Shown piece by piece: positions 39,043 to 48,300 of a stretch of 64,000 bases of DNA (positions are counted from its first letter, which is position 1; each line of letters begins with the position of its first letter). The translations under genes were made by a program, and so were the position numbers. Below the pieces are notes generated by a model that saw only the letters and a program-made list of their open reading frames with translations, did not search any database and was not told the origin of the DNA. This DNA comes from Candidatus Latescibacterota bacterium (GTDB taxonomy: Bacteria; Latescibacterota; UBA2968; GCA-2709665): contig OZ242358.1 of the NCBI GenBank assembly GCA_965208835.1, positions 1,664,001-1,728,000 on the forward strand. Reading direction: 5' to 3'.

Positions 39043-39381
39043 TCAGCCGGAACCGGTGATGTCGAGCAGATTACGTGTATACGACATCAGGCCGGCCGTG
39101 ACAATGCTTGCTATGAGCAAAACGCCCGCCGGCATCAGCTTCCGGGTCCTGATGAATCGGCTCAGGGAGATCCCTGTAAGCAGCAGGGCGAGCATCAGGC
39201 CGATGAGCAGCCCCGTCGCCGGATCCGTACGTCCGGTCCACCAGGCGTACAACGCAACCAGACCGCTGATGCCGCCCGCGGCAAGCGAAACCGAGCTGTC
39301 GGATTTGAGCTTGCCTACCAGGCCGCCCGCGATCAGCAGGAGACCGTAGAGCGCGAGGACGGTTTGTGCGAGTTGGAGCAT
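39043..39381 (-). CDS. TMEM14-family small membrane protein
   Basis: YGLLLIAGG..G..K..S..SLAAG and KLMPAG motifs. Confidence 0.8.
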   Translation of the reverse strand: MLQLAQTVLALYGLLLIAGGLVGKLKSDSSVSLAAGGISGLVALYAWWTGRTDPATGLLIGLMLALLLTGISLSRFIRTRKLMPAGVLLIASIVTAGLMSYTRNLLDITGSG

Positions 39382-39407
39382 GGTTTACCTCCGGTTACGT
39401 ATATCGG

Positions 39408-40412
39408 TTAACCCGTGCGGTATTTCTCCACGGTGGCCATATCCAGCTTCACGCCCAGCCCCGTGCCTTCGGGCAGAACGAAGTGTCCGTCCTTGACGAC
39501 GAGGGCGCCGTTCACGACGTCCGCCACGCGGGTGAACGGCAGTTCGTCGCAGGGCAGGGTCGCATTTGGAATGGTTGCCTGGACATGCACAGAATAGGCG
39601 GCGAGGACGCCCAGGCACAGGCCGCCCATCTGCACCCAGCACGGGACGTCGTCGGCCTCCGCGATGGCGGCGGCCTTCTTCACCTGCTGGGCCGGTCCCC
39701 CCAGGTTCACGTAGTCGATGCATTCGGCCTTCAGCGCGTTCAGTACACCTGGGGGCGGGCCCAGGTGCAACGCGATCGGGATGTGGGTTTTCTCGCGCAG
39801 GAGGCGATACCAATCCAGATTGTTCTTGAGCACGGGATCTTCGAAGTTGGCGATCGTCCCGAAGGGTTCCAGTTCTCCTGCCAGGCGGGCGGCGACGGTG
39901 GGGTGCCGGAATGCGGTGTTGGGATCCACGCCCACGGTGTAATCGGGACCCGTGGCCTCCTTCATGAGCCGGATGGTTTCTACGATATTCCAGGGTCGCG
40001 CCTTGAGTTTGTGGTTGGTGAATCCCATTCCGGCGCCGATTTCGGCTTCGGCCGCGGTCTCCTCGGGCTGCATGGCGCACGACCAGTAGGAGACGGGAAT
40101 GCGGTCCCGGACTTTCTCTCCGAAAAAACGCCACAGGGGGATGCCGTAGGCCTGTCCGGCGATGTCCAGGAGCGCGCACGTGAAGGGATCGGGCTGGGTG
40201 AAAGGATCCACGTTAAGCGGATCCTCTCCGGTCAGTGCGGCGGCTCGTTCCGCGAATTGGTCGGGCTCGCCCTGGCACTCGCCGATTCCCTCGAGTCCGC
40301 CGTCGGTGTGGATGCGGCACAGCGTGATCGAGTAGACTTTGGGATGGTATCTGGCAATAACCGGTATGGGCGGGACCTCCACTTCGAAGAGGTCGATTTC
40401 TGTGATTCTCAC
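39408..40412 (-). CDS. mandelate racemase/muconate lactonizing enzyme (enolase superfamily)
   Basis: GTG start overlapping the upstream stop; ALLDIAG, KLK, DPN, EDP, GLGVKLD. Confidence 0.85.
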   Translation of the reverse strand: MRITEIDLFEVEVPPIPVIARYHPKVYSITLCRIHTDGGLEGIGECQGEPDQFAERAAALTGEDPLNVDPFTQPDPFTCALLDIAGQAYGIPLWRFFGEKVRDRIPVSYWSCAMQPEETAAEAEIGAGMGFTNHKLKARPWNIVETIRLMKEATGPDYTVGVDPNTAFRHPTVAARLAGELEPFGTIANFEDPVLKNNLDWYRLLREKTHIPIALHLGPPPGVLNALKAECIDYVNLGGPAQQVKKAAAIAEADDVPCWVQMGGLCLGVLAAYSVHVQATIPNATLPCDELPFTRVADVVNGALVVKDGHFVLPEGTGLGVKLDMATVEKYRTG

Positions 40413-41914
40413 TTCGGGCCTCCCTTTAGCAGGCACTGCTTGACGGCCGCAAGGCAGATTTCGACGACCGTGTCCGTATTCATGACAAGCGCGTGCACGT
40501 CGTCGCGATTGCCGGACATTTCGATGAGGAAGGCGGCTTGCGCGCCGCGCTCGGCCGCGTATGAGATGCAATAGGGCTCGGGAGGACGGAATTCGGTGAT
40601 GCGGTCCATGTTTACCTGCTGGTACGCGCCCCCGTACGGTTTCTGAGTCAGGTAACGGTTTTCCAGACGGTCCCTGATGTCCGCGTGGATCGCGGCGAGC
40701 AGTGCCCCGTCTCCCTTGTGCGGCAGCATCATAATGTAGTCGGCCGTATGAAAGTCGATGACGCACAGCGGCCGGTGTTCGTCGATAATGCGCTGGATGA
40801 CCCGCGTCTCCCGCTCGGATGCGGCTTTCGTGCCCATGTAATTGTAGTCCCAGGGCATCCGCACGTCCTGCGTGTATTGGAAACCGTCCCAGCTGCAGTC
40901 GAAGTTGCGGTTCAGATCCACGCCCCGGGAGTTCTGGCGGGTGAACCGGTCGAATCCGCCAGGGTTCTGCACCGGCAGTATCTTGATATGCAGATCGCGG
41001 GTATTCAACCCCTCCACGTTCGGATTCTCGCAAAGGACTTCCGCAAGGCGAAGCAGGCCGTACGCGTTCTCCCATTCCCAGCCGTGAATGGCGGCGCCGA
41101 AGTACATCGTGGGCCTTGATTCATCGCCCACGTTCAGGGAATACATCGGCCTGCCGTCGCTGGAGCGTCCTTCGTCCTCCAGATTAAGGTCCGGATACCG
41201 CTCCACCGCGTCGAACATCAGGTCGACGAATCCATCGTAGGATAGTCGTTCCGGAAAGTGTCTGCCGTATCGAACGGCGTTGTTGACGATGTTGCCGAGA
41301 AACAGATATTTGTTCGTGCTTCCCCAGGAATTGTACCAGGGGCGCACCGGAGACGCGAGGTCCATGGCCACGATCCGACCGTCTCCGACGCCCTCTTCGA
41401 GCACCACGGCGCCGCTGTTCAGATTGGATATGCCGAGAGCGGCGACGTTTTCAAAGTATTCCAGACCCAGGACCTGACGCTGGAACATTTGGTTGGCATA
41501 GCTCTGGTCCGGGGCGCTCGTTACGGTCCCGTACCACCACAAGGTGTCGCCGACGGCAAAGCCCCGGGTCACGTCGTTCTCGACCTCGATTCGCATCTCG
41601 GGTCGAATGCGGTCCTGCACGTGGGTTTTGCTGAATTGCATGTCACGATTGCGCGCGTACTCGAAGAGACAGGAGATGACCTGTCCCCCGGATTCCGCGA
41701 ACTCGGTGACGGCGCCGTAGTCCAGTTCATCCAGATTGCGCCCGTCGTTTATGACGGTGATCACGAACTCGTAACGGCCGAGAACACCCGCGTCGAAAGA
41801 TTCGCTTGTAATGTCCAGGCGTCTGACCTTGCCCGGGTAAAGGACGTCGAGATCGGCCCCTATGGTTCCGCCGGGACCGTCCGAGAGCAGGAGGATGTTC
41901 TGATCGGGTTGCAT
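40409..41914 (-). CDS. M14-family zinc carboxypeptidase with an extra N-terminal domain
   Basis: HGWE, NPGG, DLNRNF, DFH, C-terminal Glu (LIEM). Confidence 0.8.
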   Translation of the reverse strand: MQPDQNILLLSDGPGGTIGADLDVLYPGKVRRLDITSESFDAGVLGRYEFVITVINDGRNLDELDYGAVTEFAESGGQVISCLFEYARNRDMQFSKTHVQDRIRPEMRIEVENDVTRGFAVGDTLWWYGTVTSAPDQSYANQMFQRQVLGLEYFENVAALGISNLNSGAVVLEEGVGDGRIVAMDLASPVRPWYNSWGSTNKYLFLGNIVNNAVRYGRHFPERLSYDGFVDLMFDAVERYPDLNLEDEGRSSDGRPMYSLNVGDESRPTMYFGAAIHGWEWENAYGLLRLAEVLCENPNVEGLNTRDLHIKILPVQNPGGFDRFTRQNSRGVDLNRNFDCSWDGFQYTQDVRMPWDYNYMGTKAASERETRVIQRIIDEHRPLCVIDFHTADYIMMLPHKGDGALLAAIHADIRDRLENRYLTQKPYGGAYQQVNMDRITEFRPPEPYCISYAAERGAQAAFLIEMSGNRDDVHALVMNTDTVVEICLAAVKQCLLKGGPK

Positions 41915-41967
41915 GGTCTTACCGCTTTCAGGTGCGGGCGATGCGTGAAACCGGGAAGATCGAGCGG

Positions 41968-42984
41968 CTACGATCCGGTGACTGCCGGAGGGTTGACGAT
42001 ATTTCTGAGCGGCTGGCCGAGCAGGGCTCTTCTGCAGGCTTCGGCGGTACCGGTGCGCAGGTCCACAAGGCTCTGCTCCGAGTAGAAGGCGGAATGCGGC
42101 GTCAGCAGCACGCGATGGTGGGCGGGATGGCCGGGATTGCGCCAGGCGACGACGAGCGGGTCGTCTTCCTTGAGCTGTTCCCACTCGAAGACGTCGATAC
42201 CCGCCCCGGCCAGACGTCCGGATGCAACCGCGTCCGGGATCACCGACGTGTCGACGATCGCGCCGCGGGCGGTGTTCACAAGGTACGAGCCTTCGGGCAT
42301 GAGCGCGATGGCTTCGGCATCGATCAGGTGGCGGGTTTCGTCCGTAAGCGGGCAGTGGATGCTGAGCGTGAAGGCTTGGCCGAGAGTTTCCTCAAGGGAC
42401 TCCACGCGTCGTATTCCGAGGGCCTTGGCGTATCCGTCCGGCTTGTACGGATCGTAAAAACACACGTCCATACCCAGCGCCTTCGCGCGCAGTGCGGCCG
42501 CCGTACCGATACGGCCGAGGCCGACGATGGCAAATACGCTGCCGCGGATGCGTTGAAGGGGTGCCGCCTGGGTGGGCGTCCAGGGTCCCTGTGACGCGCG
42601 CAGGCGGGAGTTGAGAAATGCGGCGCCCCGGATCATGGAGACCGCCATGCCCACGGCCGAATCGGCCACGTCTTCGGTCCCGTAGTCCGGCACGTTGCAA
42701 ACCGGTATGCCCAGTTCACGGGCGTGCGCCACGTCTACATTGTCGAATCCGACGCCGCCGCGCGCAATGACTCTGCAATTCCGGAGACGGTTAAGGGTCG
42801 TCGCGGAAATAACGATATAGTGATAGGGAATAATGGCGTCTGCGTCTTCGATCCTGCCCGCGAGTTCGTCTTCCCGCGTCGCGTTCAGAACCCGGACGTT
42901 GGCAACGTCGCGAAGAATTTCCCTCTCGAGATCGGGATTTGAAATGAAATCCGTGATGACAACGTCTGATTTGCGTCCGGACAT
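41968..42984 (-). CDS. CtBP-like D-2-hydroxyacid dehydrogenase
   Basis: GVGFDNVD, GLGRIG, NTARG, DVFE, TPHSAFYS. Confidence 0.9.
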   Translation of the reverse strand: MSGRKSDVVITDFISNPDLEREILRDVANVRVLNATREDELAGRIEDADAIIPYHYIVISATTLNRLRNCRVIARGGVGFDNVDVAHARELGIPVCNVPDYGTEDVADSAVGMAVSMIRGAAFLNSRLRASQGPWTPTQAAPLQRIRGSVFAIVGLGRIGTAAALRAKALGMDVCFYDPYKPDGYAKALGIRRVESLEETLGQAFTLSIHCPLTDETRHLIDAEAIALMPEGSYLVNTARGAIVDTSVIPDAVASGRLAGAGIDVFEWEQLKEDDPLVVAWRNPGHPAHHRVLLTPHSAFYSEQSLVDLRTGTAEACRRALLGQPLRNIVNPPAVTGS

Positions 42985-43047
42985 ATCGGATATGGCAACG
43001 TGATAGAGAGAAGGGTCGGGCCGCGGGTCGCGACCGATCGGGACAAC

Positions 43048-43076
43048 AACCTATGTTCGTATTCCAGGCGAGTCAA
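43048..43076 (-). promoter_or_regulatory. sigma70-type promoter
   Basis: TTGACT-17 nt-TAGGTT. Confidence 0.45.
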
Positions 43077-43140
43077 GCCCATTCCGGTGAGCCGGAGCGA
43101 TCCGGGTGGACGGGTCGCGCGGCGGGGTCTGCCGCCTCCC

Positions 43141-44397
43141 TCAACTGTCGAACCCGAGGCCGCGCCAGCGCTCGCGGGCGTAACGGATGGCCTCCGCGCC
43201 GGGTTTCACAATACCACGCGTGCTGGGAGGGGGCTGCCCGGGACCGGCGTCTTCCGGGTAGGGCGACCAGTGGTCCTCCACGTAGGGCCTGCTTGCCGTC
43301 TTCAGTCGAAAATCGGGAATGGGATACGGAGCGCCGTTTTCGAGGCATGACCGCCAGGCCTGCACGCCGACGGCGGCCATGGCGACGCCCCGGTACACGT
43401 TCAGGTACGGCTGGCGGCCCGAACGGATGGCGCGTGCGAAGTGGAAATTGGTCCAGAAATCTCCGCCTCCGTGGCCGGCCTTCCGGGCAAGATCGCCGTG
43501 TTCCGGCCAGTCGGCGGTGTACGTCCGGTCCAGCGGCTGTCCCTTGTCCCGCAGCCAATCTTCGTGGTGAATGCGGACGCAGCTCCAGTGGTTGGGTTCG
43601 GCGGTGGCGATGAGGCCCCGTTCCCCGTGGATTTCGTAGCGCACCCGGTGTACGGAACTGAGCTGCAGGCCCAGAATCCGAAAGACGGCGCCGTTATCCA
43701 TGCGTACGAGAATCAGACCGCCCTGATCTCCCACGCGCACGCGGTGCGGAGACTGGGTGGGTTCTTCGACGATCGACAGCGCGTTGACGGAGACGGGCAT
43801 GGTCCCGGTGATGCACATCAGCGGCGCGAGCGCGTGGCTGCAGTAATAGGTGGGCGGGATCCAGTTGCGCCAGTGATTCAGCCCGGGGGAGATGCCCAGG
43901 CGCCAGTCTTCCTCGGCGGCGTGGTTGTATTCCCCTTCGGCGTACGTGACGTTTCCGATCTCTCCGCTGCGGTACAGGCGGCGCAACTCCTGGTTGGCGG
44001 AGGAGAAAGGGTAGTTTTCAGCGAACATAAAGATCCGGCCGCTGGCTTCCACCGCGCGGCAGAGGGCAACGCCTTCGGCGAGCGTCTTGCACGCGGCGGT
44101 TTCGCTCATGACGTGCTTTTCAGCCTGAAGCGCCTTGATGGCGAATGGCGCGTGCTCGTGGCTGTAGTTCGCCAGGATAACCGCATCCATTTCATGTTCG
44201 AGGAAACGGTCGTAGTCCGTGTACGTGGCCACCCCGTATTCCCGGCCGACCTGTTCGAGTTTCTCCTTCCAGATGTCGCAGAGCGCCACGAGTTTCATGC
44301 CCACCGTGTCGGTCGCGCCCCGGGCGAAGCTCTGTCCCCGGCCCACGCCGATTATGCCGACCCGGATGGGCCGCTCATCGGTCTGATGCTGTGTCAT
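43141..44397 (-). CDS. Gfo/Idh/MocA oxidoreductase
   Basis: IRVGIIGVGRG, HVMSE, AENY, GHGGGD. Confidence 0.88.
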   Translation of the reverse strand: MTQHQTDERPIRVGIIGVGRGQSFARGATDTVGMKLVALCDIWKEKLEQVGREYGVATYTDYDRFLEHEMDAVILANYSHEHAPFAIKALQAEKHVMSETAACKTLAEGVALCRAVEASGRIFMFAENYPFSSANQELRRLYRSGEIGNVTYAEGEYNHAAEEDWRLGISPGLNHWRNWIPPTYYCSHALAPLMCITGTMPVSVNALSIVEEPTQSPHRVRVGDQGGLILVRMDNGAVFRILGLQLSSVHRVRYEIHGERGLIATAEPNHWSCVRIHHEDWLRDKGQPLDRTYTADWPEHGDLARKAGHGGGDFWTNFHFARAIRSGRQPYLNVYRGVAMAAVGVQAWRSCLENGAPYPIPDFRLKTASRPYVEDHWSPYPEDAGPGQPPPSTRGIVKPGAEAIRYARERWRGLGFDS

Positions 44398-44470
44398 AAG
44401 CGGTGCTCCTCACGCCCTGGACTGAGGGCATAAATCGCAAATCGAACGTGACTGAAGTCGCTCAGGGCAA

Positions 44471-45328
44471 TTAAAATTCGAGCAGCCGTCGAAGATACGC
44501 GCCCTGTTCGCCGACCTTGGCATCGTCTTCGCCGGGCCCGAAGTCTTCCAGCGAAAGGTACCCCGAATAGCCGACGTCTTTGAAATCACTGACGATCCGG
44601 GCGATGTCGGCAATACCTTCCCGCATGTCGGCGAAGTCCCACTCCCAGACTTGTGCGCCGGTATCGTCGCGTCCGGTGACGACGGGCTTGCCGTTGCCGA
44701 TGTGGCAATGGGCGAGATAGGGACCCAGCAATTCCATGCCCATCCTGGTATCTTCCAGACCCACGCGCAGCATGTTCGGAATGTCGTAGATGGCGCCGAT
44801 TCGGTCCGGATCCAGGTCTCGCAGCAGCTCGATAGCGCGCGAACAGGTGACGGCGACGGTGCCCACGTGGATTTCGTAGAGGATTTTGACGTTGAACTGT
44901 CGCGCAGTTTCAACGAGGTTCGCGAAACCTGCGCGTGCATTGAGAAACTGGGGCCAGTAGGGCTGCGTCCTGTCGTGCCTTGGCGCGCCGATGCGGATCA
45001 TGGGCGGGTTGTCCGGATTCAGCGTGGCGGCGCCCCGGAACAGTTTCTCCACGATTGGGGACTCTTCCAGCGTCACGTTCGGGGCCAGCGCGATCACCTG
45101 TACGCCGGACCGTCTCTGGGCCGCGCGGATCGCTTCTGCCTTATGGATGATATTGTCGGGGCTGACATCGGACAGGTGACGGCCCCAGAAAGAGGGTTCC
45201 TCGGCATCGTCTTCGGGGTTGTAACGACAGCGCAGCTCGACGCCGTCGTACCCGTGTTCGGCCAGCTTGTCGAAGGTGAGATCCAGGTCCCAGCGGGGTA
45301 GCATTACGGACGTACAGGAGAGTTTCAT
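44471..45328 (-). CDS. sugar phosphate isomerase/epimerase (AP endonuclease 2 TIM barrel)
   Basis: GYDGVELR, EIH, D..N, HCH, GYSGYLSLE. Confidence 0.82.
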   Translation of the reverse strand: MKLSCTSVMLPRWDLDLTFDKLAEHGYDGVELRCRYNPEDDAEEPSFWGRHLSDVSPDNIIHKAEAIRAAQRRSGVQVIALAPNVTLEESPIVEKLFRGAATLNPDNPPMIRIGAPRHDRTQPYWPQFLNARAGFANLVETARQFNVKILYEIHVGTVAVTCSRAIELLRDLDPDRIGAIYDIPNMLRVGLEDTRMGMELLGPYLAHCHIGNGKPVVTGRDDTGAQVWEWDFADMREGIADIARIVSDFKDVGYSGYLSLEDFGPGEDDAKVGEQGAYLRRLLEF

Positions 45329-45351
45329 AGCGCCTCCGGCTTCGCGGACGG

Positions 45352-46416
45352 TTACGGAATGAACCGGGTTTTCGGTGTGATTGACAAAATGAACTCCGTG
45401 AGCAGGGCTACGGTTCGATCCAGGTCCTTCAACGAGAGAATTTCCACCGGAGTGTGCATATAACGCAGCGCCACGCTCACGAGGCCGGTAGCCACGCCGG
45501 CGCGCGTTAGCTGAATGGCGTTCGCGTCCGTTCCGGTTCCGCCCGCCGCGGCTTCGATCTGATACGGCACATCGGCCTTTCGCGCCGCAGCCACGAGGCG
45601 CTTGAAGACGACCGGATTGATGTTGGCTCCACGGGCGATGACAGGGCCTGCCCCCACCTTCAGGTCGCCGTCCCTTCGTTTGTCCACGTCCGGATGATCG
45701 GTGGCGCAGGCGACGTCCAGGCCGATGCCGAGGTGCGGGTTGATTCCGTAAGCGCTGGTTTTGGCGCCGCGCAGCCCGATCTCCTCCTGGACGGTGGCGA
45801 CGGCGAACAGGGCAGCGCCGGACGTCTTTCCGGAACGGGCAACGCAGCGCAGGGTCTCCGCCGCGACGTAGGCGCCCATCTTGTTGTCGAAAGCGCGGGA
45901 GGCGGCCAGGTCTCCGCGGATGACCTCGAAATTGGGATCGTAGGTGACCGGGTCGCCGATATCGACGACTTTTCCGGCCTCCTTGTTGTCCGATGCACCA
46001 ATGTCAATCCAGAGATCGTGGATCCGCGGCGTTTTCTTTCTGTCTTCACCCGTCATCAGATGGATGGGTTTCTTGCCGAATACGCCGGGTATGGCACCGG
46101 ATGACGTGTGTATGCGGACTTTCCTGCCCGGGATGATGTTGGTGTCGAAGCCGCCGATCGCATTGACGTAGATGAATCCGTTGTCGTCGATATGGTTGAC
46201 CTGGAAACCCAGTTCATCCATGTGCCCGGCCAGCATGACTCGCGGGCTTCCTTTGGCATTGTGGACGGCAATCGCATTGCCGTGCGCGTCGACGGTAACT
46301 TTATCCGCGTATTTCTTCGTTTGCGCCGTCCAGACGTCGCGGACGGGACCTTCGTACCCGGATGGACCGGGCGCATTGAGCATGGATTCGAGAAAGGCAC
46401 GGGAAGATTTGCGCAT
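45352..46416 (-). CDS. M42 family aminopeptidase
   Basis: GPSGYE, HMDE, DNK, QEEIG, DV, GTDA, RYMH. Confidence 0.92.
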   Translation of the reverse strand: MRKSSRAFLESMLNAPGPSGYEGPVRDVWTAQTKKYADKVTVDAHGNAIAVHNAKGSPRVMLAGHMDELGFQVNHIDDNGFIYVNAIGGFDTNIIPGRKVRIHTSSGAIPGVFGKKPIHLMTGEDRKKTPRIHDLWIDIGASDNKEAGKVVDIGDPVTYDPNFEVIRGDLAASRAFDNKMGAYVAAETLRCVARSGKTSGAALFAVATVQEEIGLRGAKTSAYGINPHLGIGLDVACATDHPDVDKRRDGDLKVGAGPVIARGANINPVVFKRLVAAARKADVPYQIEAAAGGTGTDANAIQLTRAGVATGLVSVALRYMHTPVEILSLKDLDRTVALLTEFILSITPKTRFIP

Positions 46417-46426
46417 CGGTCTCCTT

Positions 46427-47455
46427 TCAGGTAGCAGAGCGTTTACGGCATTGTTCGATAACGCGAATCAATTCCCGTGACTCATGGGTCTTGATATGGG
46501 GCTCCGCGTTTTTCGTCAATGTTTCATGGATGTTCGCGTAAAAATCGAGTTGGGCTTCGGAACGAATCGGCACGGTCTCTTCCCGCCAGGGTAGCCGGTC
46601 CTTGTTGTCATAGCTGCGCCCTGGCGCCGCACCCTCGAAAACCCTCAGTTCCGGCGCCTGATCGGGATCGTAATACCGGATTTGAAAGGCGTTTTCCGAC
46701 TGGACGAGGGATCCGTATCGCCCGCACACGTGCCAGGGCGGAAGGGGCAGGGCGGCCGCCTGATTTATCTCCAGATCGAGGAGCTGACTGCGCCGGGTCC
46801 TGAGCCAGACTTTCACCACGTCGTCCGCGTCGCCACGTGTCGCGACGGACCAGAGATTGCATTGTGTATCGACAATGGGCGTGCCGTCGGACAGATACAG
46901 CAACTGGTCGATATAGTGGGCGCCGTAGTTGTTGAGCATACCGCCGCCGTGTTTGCGCAGGCTCTGCCAGTCGTTTCGGCGCACGTAACGCGTCAGCAGG
47001 CGGCGGATCAGGTAGACGGGGCCAAGGATTCCACTGTCGAGGATGCCTTTGAGCGTCTGAGTTTCAGCCGCAAGACGATGCGGCTGGTAGACGAGCACGC
47101 GGCGACCGTGCCGCTCCGACTCTTCAACAATGCGGTCGGCCGATTTGAGGGTCGTGGTCATCGGCTTTTCGAGGATGACGTGACAACTTTCGCGCAGCGC
47201 TCTCCGGGCGTGACGTTCGTGATGTTTCGTAGGCGTGGCGACGACCAGTATTTCGGGGTGCTCTTTTTTCCAGAACGCTCCGAGAGTCTTGTAGGTCCGG
47301 CAACCGGAAAGTGCGGCGGCCTCCTCGAGACGCTCGGGGAGCGGGTCGATTACGGCGACGAGCTGAAAATCCGGCGTGTCTTTGAGTTCGTTGAAGTGCC
47401 TGGACCATCCGGCCCTGCCCAGTCCCGCGATCGCTACATCCAGCTTCTTCGCCAT
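46427..47455 (-). CDS. Gfo/Idh/MocA oxidoreductase
   Basis: GLGRAG, LEKP, GGMLNNYGAH. Confidence 0.88.
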   Translation of the reverse strand: MAKKLDVAIAGLGRAGWSRHFNELKDTPDFQLVAVIDPLPERLEEAAALSGCRTYKTLGAFWKKEHPEILVVATPTKHHERHARRALRESCHVILEKPMTTTLKSADRIVEESERHGRRVLVYQPHRLAAETQTLKGILDSGILGPVYLIRRLLTRYVRRNDWQSLRKHGGGMLNNYGAHYIDQLLYLSDGTPIVDTQCNLWSVATRGDADDVVKVWLRTRRSQLLDLEINQAAALPLPPWHVCGRYGSLVQSENAFQIRYYDPDQAPELRVFEGAAPGRSYDNKDRLPWREETVPIRSEAQLDFYANIHETLTKNAEPHIKTHESRELIRVIEQCRKRSAT

Positions 47456-47682
47456 GGGCGCATCCTGAAAAGTTGACGGTTCCGCCTTCTCTGTCTATAT
47501 TCCTGCGAACGGCGTAGAAGATAAATCCTGCGACCCAAATGTCCACAGAAATCATGAGGGGTTTTCGCTGGTTTCGGGCGTAACGGGTGCGTGTATTCCA
47601 ATCAGGAATCATCAGCGGGAGGATTGCGGTGGGAAACGGGTCAGAACGTCCGGATGCTTCCGAGGGGGTCAGATCGACGACG

Positions 47683-48204
47683 ATGCAGGCGGCCATTCTG
47701 GGCATGCTCGTTGTGAATGTTCCGCTGCTGCTGGTCAGCTTCGGGATGGGTTACGCGTCGCGGTTCGACTGGATGTCCGTATCCGTAAGCGCCCATCTGA
47801 AGGTGGGGCTTCTTGCCGCATTTCTGACGGTGCTGACGCAGACGACAACGATGTTTTACTTTATGGGAACGGGCTCCGCCATCAAGTCCGAGGTCCGGGA
47901 GCGAGGTCTGAATCCGGAGTTTCTTGCCCGCGCCCGCGCGTTCAAGGGCAGTTTCTTCTACCTTCTGACGCTCGGTATTCTGCTGATTATGGCCGCGGCG
48001 ATGATCGGCGGCGGCGCGCACGCCGACCTGCTTTGGAGCGGCGGCGAAGGGGGCCGCACGTTTTATCAGATCCTGCACGAGGTCCTGGCGATCCTGAGTC
48101 TTCTGGTGAATATGATCGCATTCGCCCTCACCCCTTTCTATATCCAGAAGAACAACCGGCTGCTGGACGACGTGGGAAGTACCCGGGGGGCGGCGCAGGA
48201 GTAG
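47683..48204 (+). CDS. four-TM membrane protein of unknown function
   Basis: Four hydrophobic helices; YFMGTG..IK motif; intramembrane His residues. Confidence 0.65.
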   Translation: MQAAILGMLVVNVPLLLVSFGMGYASRFDWMSVSVSAHLKVGLLAAFLTVLTQTTTMFYFMGTGSAIKSEVRERGLNPEFLARARAFKGSFFYLLTLGILLIMAAAMIGGGAHADLLWSGGEGGRTFYQILHEVLAILSLLVNMIAFALTPFYIQKNNRLLDDVGSTRGAAQE

Positions 48205-48300
48205 ACTGTCACGTCGGGAAGCAACGGGTGTCAATCAAGTGCAGGGTTGAGCGGGCGGCGGAGCGCCTGAGATGGCCTGCAGGCAGATCACGGAGGAGAT

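Noticed and set aside
40413-41075. N-terminal extension of the 555-aa enolase ORF, suggesting an overlapping gene or fusion
   Set aside because: Arg/Pro-rich off-frame read of the M14 gene. Homology starts at GTG 40412 after GGAGG.
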